From Eutreptiella sp. 'Long Island Sound 2002' (taxonomy: Eukaryota; Protista; Euglenida): DNA of 64,000 nt. The stretch covers positions 20,832,001 to 20,896,000 of the forward strand of contig OZ038379.1 in NCBI GenBank assembly GCA_964036045.1, in the 5' to 3' direction. Shown here piece after piece: positions 1 through 12,562 of this stretch. Below the pieces are notes generated by a model that did not search any database, was not told the DNA's origin, and saw only the letters and a program-made list of their open reading frames with translations. Positions within the stretch are counted from its first letter, which is position 1, and every line of letters starts with the position of its first letter. The translations under genes were made by a program, and so were the position numbers.

Positions 1-423
1 CTTGATCTCAGGTCCCGGTGCCATTGACCATGCATTTGTTGGCCACAGAGGGAGAGACCACCGCTTCCCAATCGTCAGAGGTATATTTACCCTTTCAAAC
101 CCCCAACCATGCCATGCGCTGCGCGGCACTATGCATTTTGGGTACGGTTGCAATGGAAGCGTCTGCCTCCTCGTTCCATTATTTGGGGGCTTCTTCACTC
201 ACCCGTTGGCCGCGTAATTCGTGTCTTGTTGTACAGGCAAATTGGTTCTGGGTGGGTTTGCTTGACCCCGGACAAAGTGACAGCGAAGACAGGACTCACA
301 ACTTACATAAATCCAAAGCACTGCGAAGCAACAGGGATAGAAGAAGAGGGGGGGGGCGGAGAAGGAGAACACATTTGATGTAGTTTGGAGGCATTTAGGG
401 TCGTGGTGCGTTGGGGCGTCCCT

Positions 424-780
424 ATGAGTGCGCCCTACCTGGGAAGCACACCTCCATCCGCTGATCAGGGTGAAGTGGAGAGCATTCAAAAAGCCCTACG
501 CGATGCGCGACAAAATCTGTCAGACGGCAAGTCCCCTGGCGCTGGTCTTGAAAGTATCGAGGACCAAGCTGCTGCTGCCTATGCTGACCTGATTAACACC
601 TCCATGGGCTTTGATGGGGACTTGAGCGAAGAAGATGCCGAGGGCTTCGCACAAGGGGGTATGATGGATGAAGGATCAAAATCAAAACGGGGGAAAGGGC
701 TATTTGGCGACGCCATGGATATCTTCGGTGCGCTGGGCAAGGGGGCGCATATTGTTAAGCAGAAAGATGGAAGGGTTTAG
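424..780 (+). CDS. Probable coding exon or short gene, unknown protein (MSAPYLGSTPP...KQKDGRV*)
   Basis: Open frame 385-780 with ATG at 424; protein-like, non-repetitive composition (helical, acidic, Gly-rich C-terminus). Candidate upstream exon 12-80 is bounded by AG/GT. No family recognised. Confidence 0.45.
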   Translation: MSAPYLGSTPPSADQGEVESIQKALRDARQNLSDGKSPGAGLESIEDQAAAAYADLINTSMGFDGDLSEEDAEGFAQGGMMDEGSKSKRGKGLFGDAMDIFGALGKGAHIVKQKDGRV

Positions 781-2769
781 GTATGCTGACGTGGTTGGGT
801 CCTAAGTTGCCGATCATGCTCACTTTTTGGTGCACGACATAACTGATCCCAACGCTTTTGGCAACATTCAGCTGTGCACTATACAAAGTGCTGGTGCCTG
901 GCGTTCCATCACATGTGATGAATGAGTTTGCAGCCCGTCCCGGTTATTCCCAAGCTCTTGATTCGGGTCACAATTTACTTGCTCACATTGAGAATTAGCA
1001 TTTCTTCTTTCAGCTTAGGCCAAGAAGTGGGTTCAGGCTTCGCTCACTGTTGTTTCCCCCGCTTCGTCCTAGGCACTGCCTGTCATGCATTCTGATGCCC
1101 AAGAGCGGGTGTTGTAGATTCCTAGGTCCCGTAAAATGTTTTGGAGTTTGCAATACAGTAGACACCTTGCCTGCAGCCTGAGCATGAGCTGCGCATTTGC
1201 TGCTGGGAGTTGCGATCACTGAGGGATTGGTTTGTCGCCAATCGGCAGGGCAGCAATTGGCACAATTAGGATTGCTTACTTCTTGGGGGAGCATTGACAT
1301 TGTGCAGCCGTCACTTGCATCCGATGAAGAATTGTTGACTTGGATTTTTGAGTCCTCTGACGGGATAAGCCGCAGCACGTCAATTGTTGTACATAAGGAG
1401 GCGTGGCTCGGAGACCTCAGTCGATGGAAACTCTTGTCTCTAAAATGGATCGTATGAAACGGATGGAGTTCACTGGAAAGCGGATGCTGTGACCGCTGTG
1501 GCGTTAAGCCAAATCTTGCGTCAGTCTTTTCTCTGCCCATTGCCAGGGTACGTGCGTGCACATGCGTGCACTTGCATGTCTCCACATTCTTCCGGCGACA
1601 GATCATCGGTGCACTCCGGGACTATGCCTCTTTGCTGTTTCGTGATTGCGTTGCGCCAGCGGATGGACGAAGTAACATTTTGCCTCACATTTTGTGCTGG
1701 ACTCTCTGACGCATATGTGCGTCTGTAGTCTTTGGAGCTGCGCTTGCATTCTTGATGTTTGCCACCACGGCCAAGCCTGATTTTCTGGTGTTAGGCTGGT
1801 CCAAAGAGCATGTGCGCTGTTGTATTGTGGTTAAACAGCTAAGGATGGGGGTTTCGCCATCCTTTCCTTTGCAACCCTCAAACCCCATGGACGTACTGCC
1901 CCGACTAACACTGTTTTTATGGTGGAGGCAAGCATGAGGATTGAGCTGCAATGGTACATGTGTCAACATGCAAATGCAACATGTCTACCACTGCTTTGGA
2001 AGAAGGGTGTCCAGAAACGCTGCCATGAACGCTGAAGGCTTAGAAGTTTATTTTCTGCGTCTACCAGAATATCCTGGTTTTTTTTCCACAAAGAGTAAGA
2101 GGTCAATGTCAAAGCAGAACCGAAGACTTTTGACTGCCCCTCCGTCCGGCTCTTGGTAGGTGGCTGTGTTCAACAGGGTAAGTGTTCCACCGACGCTCCA
2201 AAGGTTCCACCGACGCTTTTGCTGAGCACCTCAATTACATTCCACCCCTTCCCCATTTTGGTGCAATATCTGCAGTTTTTCACGGCATGCAAATGCAACT
2301 GGGGGCAGGCATATACGATGCTCCCTAACTTATCTGCAGCCCAACACGCAAGAACCGCCCACCTAGTTCTCAGGGCTGTGGGTGGTGGACACACAGGCTA
2401 TAATGAAATGTCTCATGATACGGCCAACGCTCCGAACCTCTGGCCGATTGGGGCTCATCTGCCTCTCATATCACAGGGCAACAGTGGCTAGGCATCCAAA
2501 AGGCTTCCTGCCTCATCAGCATCAAGGGGAATGGGGGAAGCCCATTTCAGAAAAAGATTGAACGAAAGAAGAGGACATGTGATCCCCCCTGAGGGGACTC
2601 CTCTGGGTTTCTAGTGTTTCACTCTGTCCATTGTAGCGTCCACAGGGGGTGCATGTTTAGTGTGCAATGTGATATTGCACCCCAAATGATGTGACACGCA
2701 ATTAGCAGCAGGAGCCATGCATTACAGGGGCTGGCCATTATGGGCTTTGTAGAGGGTGGGCTTTGCATA

Positions 2770-2850
2770 TGGTCGGCTTTGCAGGGGTTGAGCATTGCAT
2801 GGGGTGAGCATTGCAGGGGGTGAGCATTGCAGAGGGTGGGCATTGCACAA
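2770..2850. repeat. Short tandem repeat, ~16-17 bp unit (gagcattgca..ggggt)
   Basis: Three to four adjacent copies visible directly. Confidence 0.8.
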
Positions 2851-5800
2851 GTGTGGTCTCTTTTTCAGCATTGCAGTGGTGGGCACAGCAGGTACTGGGT
2901 AACATAGCAAATGGGGAATGGCCGTGTATGTGCTGCCGCATAATATGAACCCAACAGAAAGGTTAAATGGAGGGTCGGGGGGTTTGCCCCCAAGGAGGCA
3001 CAGTTGAGTTTGTGTGTCGCAAGCCACAAGGTTCATTCGTCACATGGTCCAGGTCTTATCTTTTTCTGGCACTTGCCATGCTCTTTTGTTTGGGTCGCTT
3101 ATGTGGGCAGCGAGGGGCTCTCCATACAAGGACTTTGCTCCAAGGACTTTCATTGAGGTCTTTGAGACCATGATATCAAGCTGGTGGGCCAGCACACCCC
3201 CTTTGGTGTGAAAAAGTGTGCCCTAGCCCCCATACCTCGCCCAAAGTCAGTCACTAGTGAGCAGTATGTATTTTTGGTTGTTACCCGACGGGTGGACCGC
3301 AGAGCCTACAGCCAACCCCTCGTGGGGATCACCCACTAAAGTAGTTTGCCCCCCCCCCCCCCCTGCCTCGGCCATCGGCACACTTTTTGCAATTGGTGTC
3401 CGTGTAGTGGACCGCCCAAGAATCTATCAAGGAACCTTCTTGAGGCAACACGGCATGTGAGGGTGCAAGCCGGCTCTCCATCAACTCCTGTCGGTGTGGT
3501 CACAGGGGGAGCGGTAGCGCGCCGGGCATCTTTTTGGGCCACTTTGATACGGAGCCGTAATCCACCCTTCTTGCATGGCCCCTTTCCAGTTGGGGATATG
3601 GCGCCCCTTTCCACAAGTTCTGGCATATTTGTATTGTCACCCATTTTTACCCGTTTTCAACCATATGGCCATCCTCAGCTTCTTGACCGGGAGGCATTGT
3701 TTCGTTTCTTTTTATTTTATTTTATGAAACATGCCCCGGCCGCAGAAACCGGTGCTTTCATGTAAGGCATGATTTGGGAAGGGTATGGACCATCTCGTAC
3801 CCGTGGTAATTTCTTTGATTTTGAGGTTGGGGCCATGGCGGCGATTGTGATAGTCATAGTGCCATTCATTGGAAGAAAGAATGGAATTTGGATGGCCCGG
3901 CAACAGTCGCACAATGATGTGCATGGGAAGCATTGATGCCCACATATGTGGGGAACAAGTTGTTTATTAGCCAATACATGATAGATACAGACTGTTGTTG
4001 AACTCAGCTATTTCGACTCATACAACGTGCTTTGTAGGGAAGGTTTGTGGTCCACTTTGGTCGATTTGGGCGGCTCCTGTGGGGCAAGGTAAATCCGGGG
4101 TTAAAGCCGGGATAGATTATACTACAGTAGCGTGCTGGGCGCGCGCCGCGCAAACACCCCCCTACAGGGGAACATGGCTCTCACAAGAGCCGCTATTGTA
4201 CCAAGGCACCCGCGAGCCGTAATGATTGTCTGCCCCACAATCCGAATCCTCCCCATGGGTGTAGGTCTTGGGGGTCTGTTAAGGGGGCGGGATGTTGCCC
4301 CCTCCCCCCTTGTGCTCGGGTCCAGACTTGTACCGAACTGCCCTCCATGCCCGAGACTGTCCCCCAATGGGGGAGCCCAACACACTGTGTGTGTGGTGCA
4401 CTATATTTTAGGTGATGTCTTTTTCGCTTGTTTAGGTGGCACTGCTATGACTTGCCATTGTGCTTTTTCTTGGCACCTTGCCGGCCCTTGACCACCGTGG
4501 TGAGCCCGTTTGCCATGGTTGCAGCCAAGCCAAGTTGTGATGGCTATCGCGATGGTGGACACTAGCCACGGGTGCCTTAGCCCCTCCCCTTTTGGGAAAC
4601 AACAACACACAACGAGAGGCAATGTTTTCCATGGATGCGGGCACAGGGCTAGAAGATGGGGGTGTGCACATTTATTAATTCTTGTAGACCATCAATGCTT
4701 GGCACATCCAACGATTTCTCAATGCTAGAAACGTGCGGTATGAGCCATATGGTCCATGGGACCACTTCCCTGGCCGCATCTACGGCCGACCATAGGCCAC
4801 AAGGCAGCGTACCGACTTGAAGAATGCAGGTGGTGTACCGGCCCGCGCAAGCCCGAGGGGGAATGCAAGCATGGGCATTTTCAATGCCCCTATGGGAGCT
4901 TAATGTTTGGGGCCGGCCACCTATTGTGGCAGCCTTAGGAGGAAGGCCCCGCTTCTTAGCGAGTGAGCAAACTTGTGGCTAGCCCAACCACTGCTCCTCG
5001 ACGTCAACCCGTACGCTCCATGAACCCTGTTTGGGGGGGGCACAATTGACTCTATTTTTGAAGCTAGGAAACTGTGGGTCGCGGCCATCCATGGTGACAG
5101 AGAGGGATGTGTGTGGTCCTTGGGGATTCCAGACTAGATGCTCAAGACCAGGTGCCGGTACCAATCTGCCTTTAGCTAGCTCGCTGAGGCGGAAGCGTGA
5201 TGTTTGTGCATTGGCCTGCAGGCAGTTTTGGGCTAGTGTCGCCTTGGCCTGCAAGTGGTTTTGGCCCAAAGTCTGGCGGAACGCTCGACCCTACGCTAGT
5301 CTCCCTTGGAGATGAAGGGGATAGTCTTGGTTGTTCCAGCTCTTGAGGAGGTGCACATCATCCGGTGACGCATGCGCCCCCTGTAAGTTCGCTGGACCTT
5401 GGGTTGTTTGGTTATCGGAGTACACCTCCTCGCATGGGTTGCAATGGGATGCCCCTTTCTTCTGCAGTGGTAAGGATGCATTGGAGCGAGTCTAGCTAGG
5501 CTCCTTGGTCTCCATGAAGTGCCTTCGCCCGGCATTGTTTTGGAGAGGGCAAAGTTGGCGTAGCGTGGGGACTTTAGCCAACTTGCCGTACTTCAAATGG
5601 TGGGGATCCCGGTTTGATACCCCCACGGCCATGCGTTATGCCACAACCTAGTCTGATACCCCCACAGCCATGCGTTACGCCGCAACCTTTGGGGACCCCG
5701 AAGTCTTGACGCCTCTCCAGTTGCCTTGGCCGCACTCCATTGACAGTGAAGGGGAGCTAGTGAACGGTATTGCTGTTTGGGATGTTGCTATGTTTGGGGT

Positions 5801-6249
5801 AGATTTTGTCAACGAGTCCGCTAAATTTTGGGGGGCCTCTTACAAATCGCCCCCCCTCCCTCCTCTAGGCTGTGTGGCTGTGTGTGTCGTATCTCTCACT
5901 CATTAACAGCTAGTCCCCACTTGGGTTTTTCAATCGTAAGGACCAACAGAACACACCCAGGCTGGTGGCAGCGACCAATACCAATGACCTCTGACCTCTT
6001 CTCTCCCCCAAGCACTCCATGCCCCAGTGACAACTGAGTGCAAGGTGTGTGGCTGAGTGCGCCCAGCAATAGCAAGCGCACCCCCAGAGCAGGGAGAACC
6101 AGCGAGGAACATGTCAGAGACAAGGCCTTTTTGGTTCAGGGCTTTGGCGCCGGGACTGAGATTGGGACATGGTCTACATGACCAAACCATGGAGGATAGG
6201 GAGCAGCACTCTAAGCCAATGGAACAAGTGCTGGCAGGCGCACACGCAA

Positions 6250-6671
6250 GGAACTGAGAAGGCAATGAAGGCGTGGGACGAAAGTTTGGGCCCAGAACAA
6301 GGCGAAATGGGGGAGAGGTTTGTACCAGACGTCGCAGCAGCAAGAATTCTGCATGATCCGGGACGTGGGGGTCAGCGGAAGTACTGCGGGAGCTGAAGGC
6401 CGTGCGCGGGAGGACACAGGTCCGAAACCCGAATGCGGTGCTCAATGCTCTCATCAGAAAGAAGAAGAATGGCAAAGAAGACACCCGCAATGCCGTCAGG
6501 ATGAGGGAGCCAGGTTTTGTACCAGACGTCGCAGCCTTGCGACTACAACAAAACCTGGGCCAGGAAGACCGGGCGGTAGTACTGCGGCAGCTGAACACAT
6601 TTTGCGGGAGGAGTAAGAACCGGAACCCAAACGCGCTGCTCACTACGCTCCTTAGGGGGGTACAGAAATAG
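6250..6671 (+). pseudogene. Frameshifted ORF with two tandem helical repeats resembling the hnRNP-Q acidic (AcD/NURR-like) domain
   Basis: FVPDVAAARILHD...VRNPNAVLNALIRK and FVPDVAALRLQQNL...NRNPNALLTTLLR are clear internal repeats, split over ORFs 6169-6396 and 6402-6671. The RNP-x-A-x-L motif is the basis of the family guess. Confidence 0.4.
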
Positions 6672-8325
6672 CACCAGTCGACGCACGATGGCACTTGCCG
6701 CCGTGCCAACCCGCAGTGGACGCCGTTTGCCGAGGCAAACAAGCGGTCATGCTGGATTAACGTGCCGGGCCCCACTGATCGCAGGCAGCCCCAGCCCAAA
6801 CCCCGCAAGCAGGGTCAGCCGGTGGTTGATGCAACACGTCCCAGTTCTAGGGTACGGGTCGGTGCTTGCGGTGATTCAAGCGCTGTTGTCCAAGGTAATG
6901 TAGTCCACCATGAGCATCAAATGGCTTCACCCCCTTCCCCCTTTCTGTTTCCCCCCCCCCCCCCTGGCCCCGCCCCCTCCGGAGCCACCGCCATCATCAG
7001 TTCAGCTGCCACTCTTCGTGGAGATGATGCAGTTGGTTGCCCCTCATGTCCACTGATTGGCCAGGCGCCTGCCCGCATCAGCTACTCTTGTGCCGAGTGC
7101 ATCTGTTGTTCACTCGGTTTTTTGTGACGGCTGAGGATTGGCGGCTGGGGAAGGCAATGGAGGTTTGGGTGGAGGCCTTTGGTGAGCTTAAAGAAGACAT
7201 GTGGGCTTTGCTGCAGCCGCCTTGCTCAGTCCCCAGATGCTTGTGAGTTTTTGGGCACTATTACCCTAGTGTAACCATGAGTACTGAACTGAGGCCCCCA
7301 ACCTTGGGCACCGGATCGGAGGAGGCCAGACGACTGGGGTCAGCGGAGGGTGTCCCTGGGTGGTCTGCAGGTGGGTAAGAAGCGGGGAGCCCCACGTAGT
7401 TTCCCCGGGGCAGGCTGGCAGCAAGCAACGGTGGCAGCGCGGGCAGGTGCGGGCGGCGTCCACACGTCTGCACTGCACTCGGGCACTGGAGCCGCCCCTA
7501 CAGCGGTCAGACACTGGCCAGCGTGCCAGGTGGTTGGTGACACAGAGGCTGTAACACTCCAGGAGCAACGGGGGTGGCGGGCGCGGGGGGGGGGGGGGGG
7601 ATTGTGCGCCGGATCGCTGCATTAATGTCTCTCTTTTCCTTTTTTTTATTGCATGGGTAGGATGAAATATAAACCGAAGCTTTCGCTCTGCCAGACTCTT
7701 GGTGCTTTGTTTGCTTGGGTAAACCTGTGCTTGTCCTCACGAACACATGTTTACCGCTGTTGCACAAGGCTTTTCTGAATTTTGTTTTACTGCCCTACAC
7801 AACCAGCCCGGGCATGTGCACCTTTGTCAGGGTAGGCGCTTAGAAGCCACATGCCTGTCAGTGTATGTTCCTCCTGTCCCCGTCAACATGTGCATGTAGA
7901 AATCTGTGCAGTCAGCTCGTACTGTGTCCAGCCCATGCCTCTGGAGGTGTTTGTGTGCCTTTTGGGATGCCATGGTCCAGCACGACTGATGTGTCGTGAG
8001 GACTGTGATGAGTTGTCATGCAACGATGTGAGTGTTTCCTGCTGAACCCACGGCGCAAGTCCAGAAAGTATGCACTGCTGCGCATTGCGCTGTATTCCAC
8101 CTTTTTGACAGCCCTCAAACTGTCCGAAGCTTTCTGGCTGCCAGACTCTTGGTGCTTTGTTTGCTTTGGGTTAACCTGAAAATCCTTCGAAAATCCGAGA
8201 AACAGCATGCGAAAGACAGTGCGCGGTGCATTTGGCTCCACCAATGATGCAGCCCACCCCACTCCCCGCCCCACTTTTCTACTCCGTGTGCGCTTCTGCC
8301 GCAGCCCTTCTGCACTTGTGTTGCG

Positions 8326-9195
8326 ATGGAACAGAACGAAAGCCCCACGGAGGGCATGCTGAAGTCGGCGTGGGCGGAGCTGAACTTCTGGGAGCGAGCC
8401 TCGCTTTTGATGACGGTGCCCCCACTCGCCGTCCTGATGGCGGTCAAGGCTGCGACCAAACTGGCCAGGCGCACGCCCGAGGTGCTGCAGGTGACTGAAG
8501 ACGTGTGGCAAATGCCGTATTATATGCCCCACGGCTGCATGTCGACCATCCTTAGGAGCAGAGAGGACGGCACACTGCTGTTGCATTCCCCGCCCCCGGC
8601 GGCCGAGGATGTGGTCCCGGCGATTGCTGCGCTGGGGCGAGTGGACGCCATCCTGGTGCCGTCTCCCGTCCACGACACGCACTGCGCCGCCTGGAAGGCC
8701 CTGTTCCCCAACGCCAAGGTGATCACGCATGACAGGGCCGCCGATCACGTGTCGAAGTCCGTGCAGGTGGACCACACGTACTCCTCCTCCGAAGGCAGGG
8801 CGCTCCTCCGGCGGTACCAAGTGGTCGAGTTCTTCGACGTCACCCCGTACCAGAGGTTCCCCGACGCGCACCTGAAGGTCCACACCCCCCGGACCGGTGA
8901 CGCTCAGGACCACACCATCGTGGCGGCGTGTGGGTTCATGGGATACTCGGGCCCACTGTACAGCCCGGCCGTCCTGTGGCAGTGCCTTGCCGGGATGGGC
9001 CCTGCGCGATACACGCGCCACGGGTCTCTGCTGTTCCTGAAGGATCCCAGAGGGCTGTTGAAGCACTGGGAGCAGGAGGTCATGCAGAGCCCGGGCGTGC
9101 GGCGGGTCGTATTTCAGCACGGGACCGGCATGCCGCACGCGCGAGCGCAGCAGTGGATGGTCTCGCGAGACTTCCTGTCCTTCACCTTCACGTGA
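8326..9195 (+). CDS. DUF4336-family metallo-beta-lactamase-fold protein, 289 aa, intronless
   Basis: STILRSREDGTLLLHSP...AIAALGRVDAILVPSPVHDTHCAAWKALFPNAKV matches the DUF4336 pattern (T-v-i-R..DG.L..HSP...LG.V..i..P...H...W...FP.A). Strong GC3 bias; candidate AG acceptor ~20 nt upstream of the ATG. Confidence 0.85.
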   Translation: MEQNESPTEGMLKSAWAELNFWERASLLMTVPPLAVLMAVKAATKLARRTPEVLQVTEDVWQMPYYMPHGCMSTILRSREDGTLLLHSPPPAAEDVVPAIAALGRVDAILVPSPVHDTHCAAWKALFPNAKVITHDRAADHVSKSVQVDHTYSSSEGRALLRRYQVVEFFDVTPYQRFPDAHLKVHTPRTGDAQDHTIVAACGFMGYSGPLYSPAVLWQCLAGMGPARYTRHGSLLFLKDPRGLLKHWEQEVMQSPGVRRVVFQHGTGMPHARAQQWMVSRDFLSFTFT

Positions 9196-9316
9196 TTCAC
9201 GTCTGCGTTGCAGGTTCCAGGGCACGCGACTCTCCTTCTGGCGTCTTCAGGGGTTCCGCAGCCTCCACACAGATCCGGGAATTCGGTGGTCCTCATTTTT
9301 AACACCCCGCGCCCAT

Positions 9317-9385
9317 TTGGATGAGTGGTGTAAGCGATGGCTGATCGTTCTGAAGGGCCTGGGTTCGAACCCGAGTAGCACCTCC
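9317..9385 (+). mobile_element. tRNA-derived (SINE-like) head with Pol III A and B boxes
   Basis: tggatgagtggtgtaagcgatgg resembles a Ser/Leu tRNA D-arm (A box); ggttcgaaccc at 9362-9372 is a B box. There is no acceptor stem or complete cloverleaf. Confidence 0.5.
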
Positions 9386-11559
9386 AGGTGAACTGGCCCT
9401 CCGTCTCGGCGACGTGACCAGGCTGGTCCGGGGGATCGAAGCTCCGGTGGGAGATCGGGACCCAGAATATGTTAAGGCCGCTCGCAGGTCCCCCAAGACA
9501 CCCCCCGCCTCACCTCCTCCCTCCGACGGGCAGGAGAAGAACGGCAGCAGAACAGTGCGGAGAGGGCAGAGCAGACGAACCAGCGGAGGAAATTTCGTGA
9601 CTATCTGAAATGGATCGAAGGCGATGAAGGCCGTGGGGCAGGCACACGGTCGGAGTCTTGGCGGAGTGCCTGCCCACATTGATGCCCTCCTCCCTCCAGG
9701 TGGACGGCCATGCGAATGCCGCGGTTTACGTGCGGTGCGTCCCAGTACGGGGGTGCACTGAAATGTATGTGCACGCGACGCGGGGGTCGAAGCACGGTGG
9801 GCATCGGGCAACGGGCGAGGGTGGGCTATGGGCCGTTGCGGGGGAAAACGATGATGTGTGCGGTGGTTTGTGTCTGGACAACGCATTCAAACGCCGCCGC
9901 CGGGCAGGCGAGCCATTGTACAGTCTCTTGTGACCCACCGCACCGACATGGCGGGAGGTGTCCTTTTTGCAACCGGGGGGCCTCGTTTGACCTGATCCGT
10001 TCGGCCTCTTGTTGAGCCGCTCGATCCCCAAAGCTTCTCGGAAACACATGCAGATGGAATCAAAGTGCAACACGAATGGCGGAGGTGACAAGCTGTCCTG
10101 TCTGCACCGCCACTTTGCCTTTGTTTGCACGCGGTAATGATCTCTATTGACGACTGACATCAGGTGGCGTTGCTGGGCAGGTCGAAACCCCTTGTCAGGA
10201 TCACGACTAAGCATGAATCTTAGCTCTCACGTCGACGTTGCCTGCAGAACAGTTGTAAGTGCGGGGCCAGGTATGGGTGTGGGGAATCATGGCAGGGATT
10301 GCAAAGCACATCAGCACTGAGGAGGTGTCAGGGCTGAGGGGCCATAACGTCAAGTTTTCAAATAACCACTATGATCCTACCCTCGTGCCACACTGAATCA
10401 GCTCAACTGTAGCAGGGGTCTGGGGGGCTCACTGATCGGTGCTGTTCAACTGAATGTCCCTGCCAAGGCACTTCCAGCCATTACTCAACCATTGTGATGG
10501 GGAAGCGATGCAGGGGGTGGGCTAGGGTGGGCTTAGGGGTATGCCCTGACCCAAAACGGGGCTGGTCAGGGTGCATTCTTGCAGTAAAGATACTCATTTG
10601 GGCTAACATTGAGTGCCTGCAACAACTCAATTTGGCTGGAGCGGGTTGCCATGGCGATGCGGCTGGGTGAGTCCGCCCCCACGGTTGGTCTGTGGTCCAT
10701 GATCGATCGTTGCTTGCAATTGAGATGTGCAAACCCCGTTTGGATCAACTGGCATTTATGGCAAAGGCAACGTTTTCAATAATTCAATGATATGCCGCCC
10801 CTCAGATGTCTCATCAGGCACAGCCAGGGTGGCACAACAATGAGAAATTGCAAGGCATGTACAGCCATGAACAGCGAAGTACACGGATCATGTATATTTC
10901 TGGCAAAAAGCACCTTTGGCACCTTTTGCGCCAACACTCAATGTAGGCCCCGTGTTACATTTCCCATGTCAGATGTGGTCATGAGCCCCTCCAAATCTCA
11001 TTGTCTTGCAAGTGACGGAATGTGAAGCCACCGGCCAAAAGTATTCTTCCCCCGTGCCTCAGGACAGGCCATGTGCACAGGAATACATTGTGGTTTCCGG
11101 TGGGCATGGGCACATACAACGAACAAACGCATTAGAAAGCCCTGTACCTTCTGCCGAATCCACCCTATGGGCGTCTCAGTAGGATTTGGGAGGACATGGG
11201 AGGGGGGGGGGAGGGTTGCCAGAAAGGCCCAGTGAGTGTGCTGGCTGGCAGTTCTGGTGTGTGCAGAATTCTGAGTTTTCAATTTGGCCCTCGGGGTGGC
11301 AGCTTCACAGCTGAGCATTTTCAGCATTTTTAAGCTTTTCTGCAGACCGCAGTGCCCCAACTGTGGTCCTTGCTCACAGCTTGTGGACTGTACATGCCTG
11401 TTTCAGGAAGCAACATTGCATGGACCTCCACAGAAATGAATATCTCGACGTACCGTTTCCTTTCAGTGCTTGTGTCCTTTGAGGGTGCGCGTAGACAGGC
11501 CTTGTCCAAACGACACAAGGTGTTGTTTCCAGTGCGCACCCAACCCTCCCCGTTTTCTT

Positions 11560-11780
11560 CCCCCAGAATACCCCCAATTTCCTTCAACTTTTTACCAAAA
11601 AAAAGCCCACCCCACTTTTTTTTACCAAAAAACTTCCGTGTTTTTTTTTTGTTAAGGTTTGTGGGATTTTTTGGTAAATTTTTTTGGGGTTTTTGGTAAG
11701 GTTTCGGGTTTTTTGTGGTAAGGTTTGGGGGGTCTTTTGGTAATTTTTCGGGATTTTTTTCAAAAGGTTCGGGGGGCTGT
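11560..11780. repeat. Low-complexity T/G-rich degenerate repeat (ttttggtaa / tttttggg)
   Basis: Direct inspection. Confidence 0.7.
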
Positions 11781-11988
11781 ATGATTTTTGTTAAGAACTG
11801 GGGCCATTTTTGGTCAACCGCTGGATTTTAGTGGCAGATGTGCGACATGCAAATTTTTGGTGGCCTTTTCAGTTGGCCAATGGGCCCAACATGCTTCACG
11901 GGTATTTGTGCGCACAGAGCCTAGGCAGGCTGACATTTTCATTTGTCGACAGAGAACAGAGAACGGCCCGTGGAGCCGGCTTTTGGTG

Positions 11989-12562
11989 TGGTCCCGGGCA
12001 GAAAACCACCCCCAAATGGGGGATTAAAACCATTTTCAAAACCACCTCGTGTGGTTTTATGCCCACTTTTTAGGGGGATAAAAACACCCCTTTGGGGGGA
12101 TACAACCACTCTGTTTGGGGAATGAAACCACCCCTTTTGTTAAAACCACCCCAGAGTGGCTTTATGCCCCAAAGCAACAAATGACACAACACAACAAACA
12201 AAAGCAGTCTGAGCAATGCTGCCACAAAAGCAATGCATGTCGAACTGGATGAATAGCAAGCCCAAACCATGTCTGAAATCCGACCTCAGACCTCATTTAT
12301 AAGATTGTGCCCAGCCAGGTCAGAATTCCTATGACACATATACAAAGAGCAATGTGAAGTAAAACACTGAGTGTGAAACCATGTGTCGTTCTTTCACCCT
12401 CCATCGTTTCTCCTACCTCCATACCCGAACTTGCTTTGTGGTACTGTGTTTCTAGGTTAACATACAGAAGGGCCATACCCCTCTGCCCCTAAAAGGGTGA
12501 CAGCCCCCCCCCCCCGCCCAATGGAGGGATAAAATCACCGAAAACCGGGGACAAAACCACCA
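11989..12562 (+). mobile_element. Truncated copy of the ggggataaaaccaccc TIR element family
   Basis: Starts tggtcccgggcagaaaaccacc, nearly identical to the left TIR at 30405, followed by the same array and the same A-rich aaagca/caacac segment. The second array stops at ~12562 and no right TIR is found. Confidence 0.7.

Noticed and set aside
7912-9225. 437-aa minus-strand ORF
   Set aside because: Antisense shadow of the GC3-rich DUF4336 gene.
9317-9385. Functional tRNA gene
   Set aside because: No acceptor stem or proper anticodon arm; kept only as a SINE-like head.
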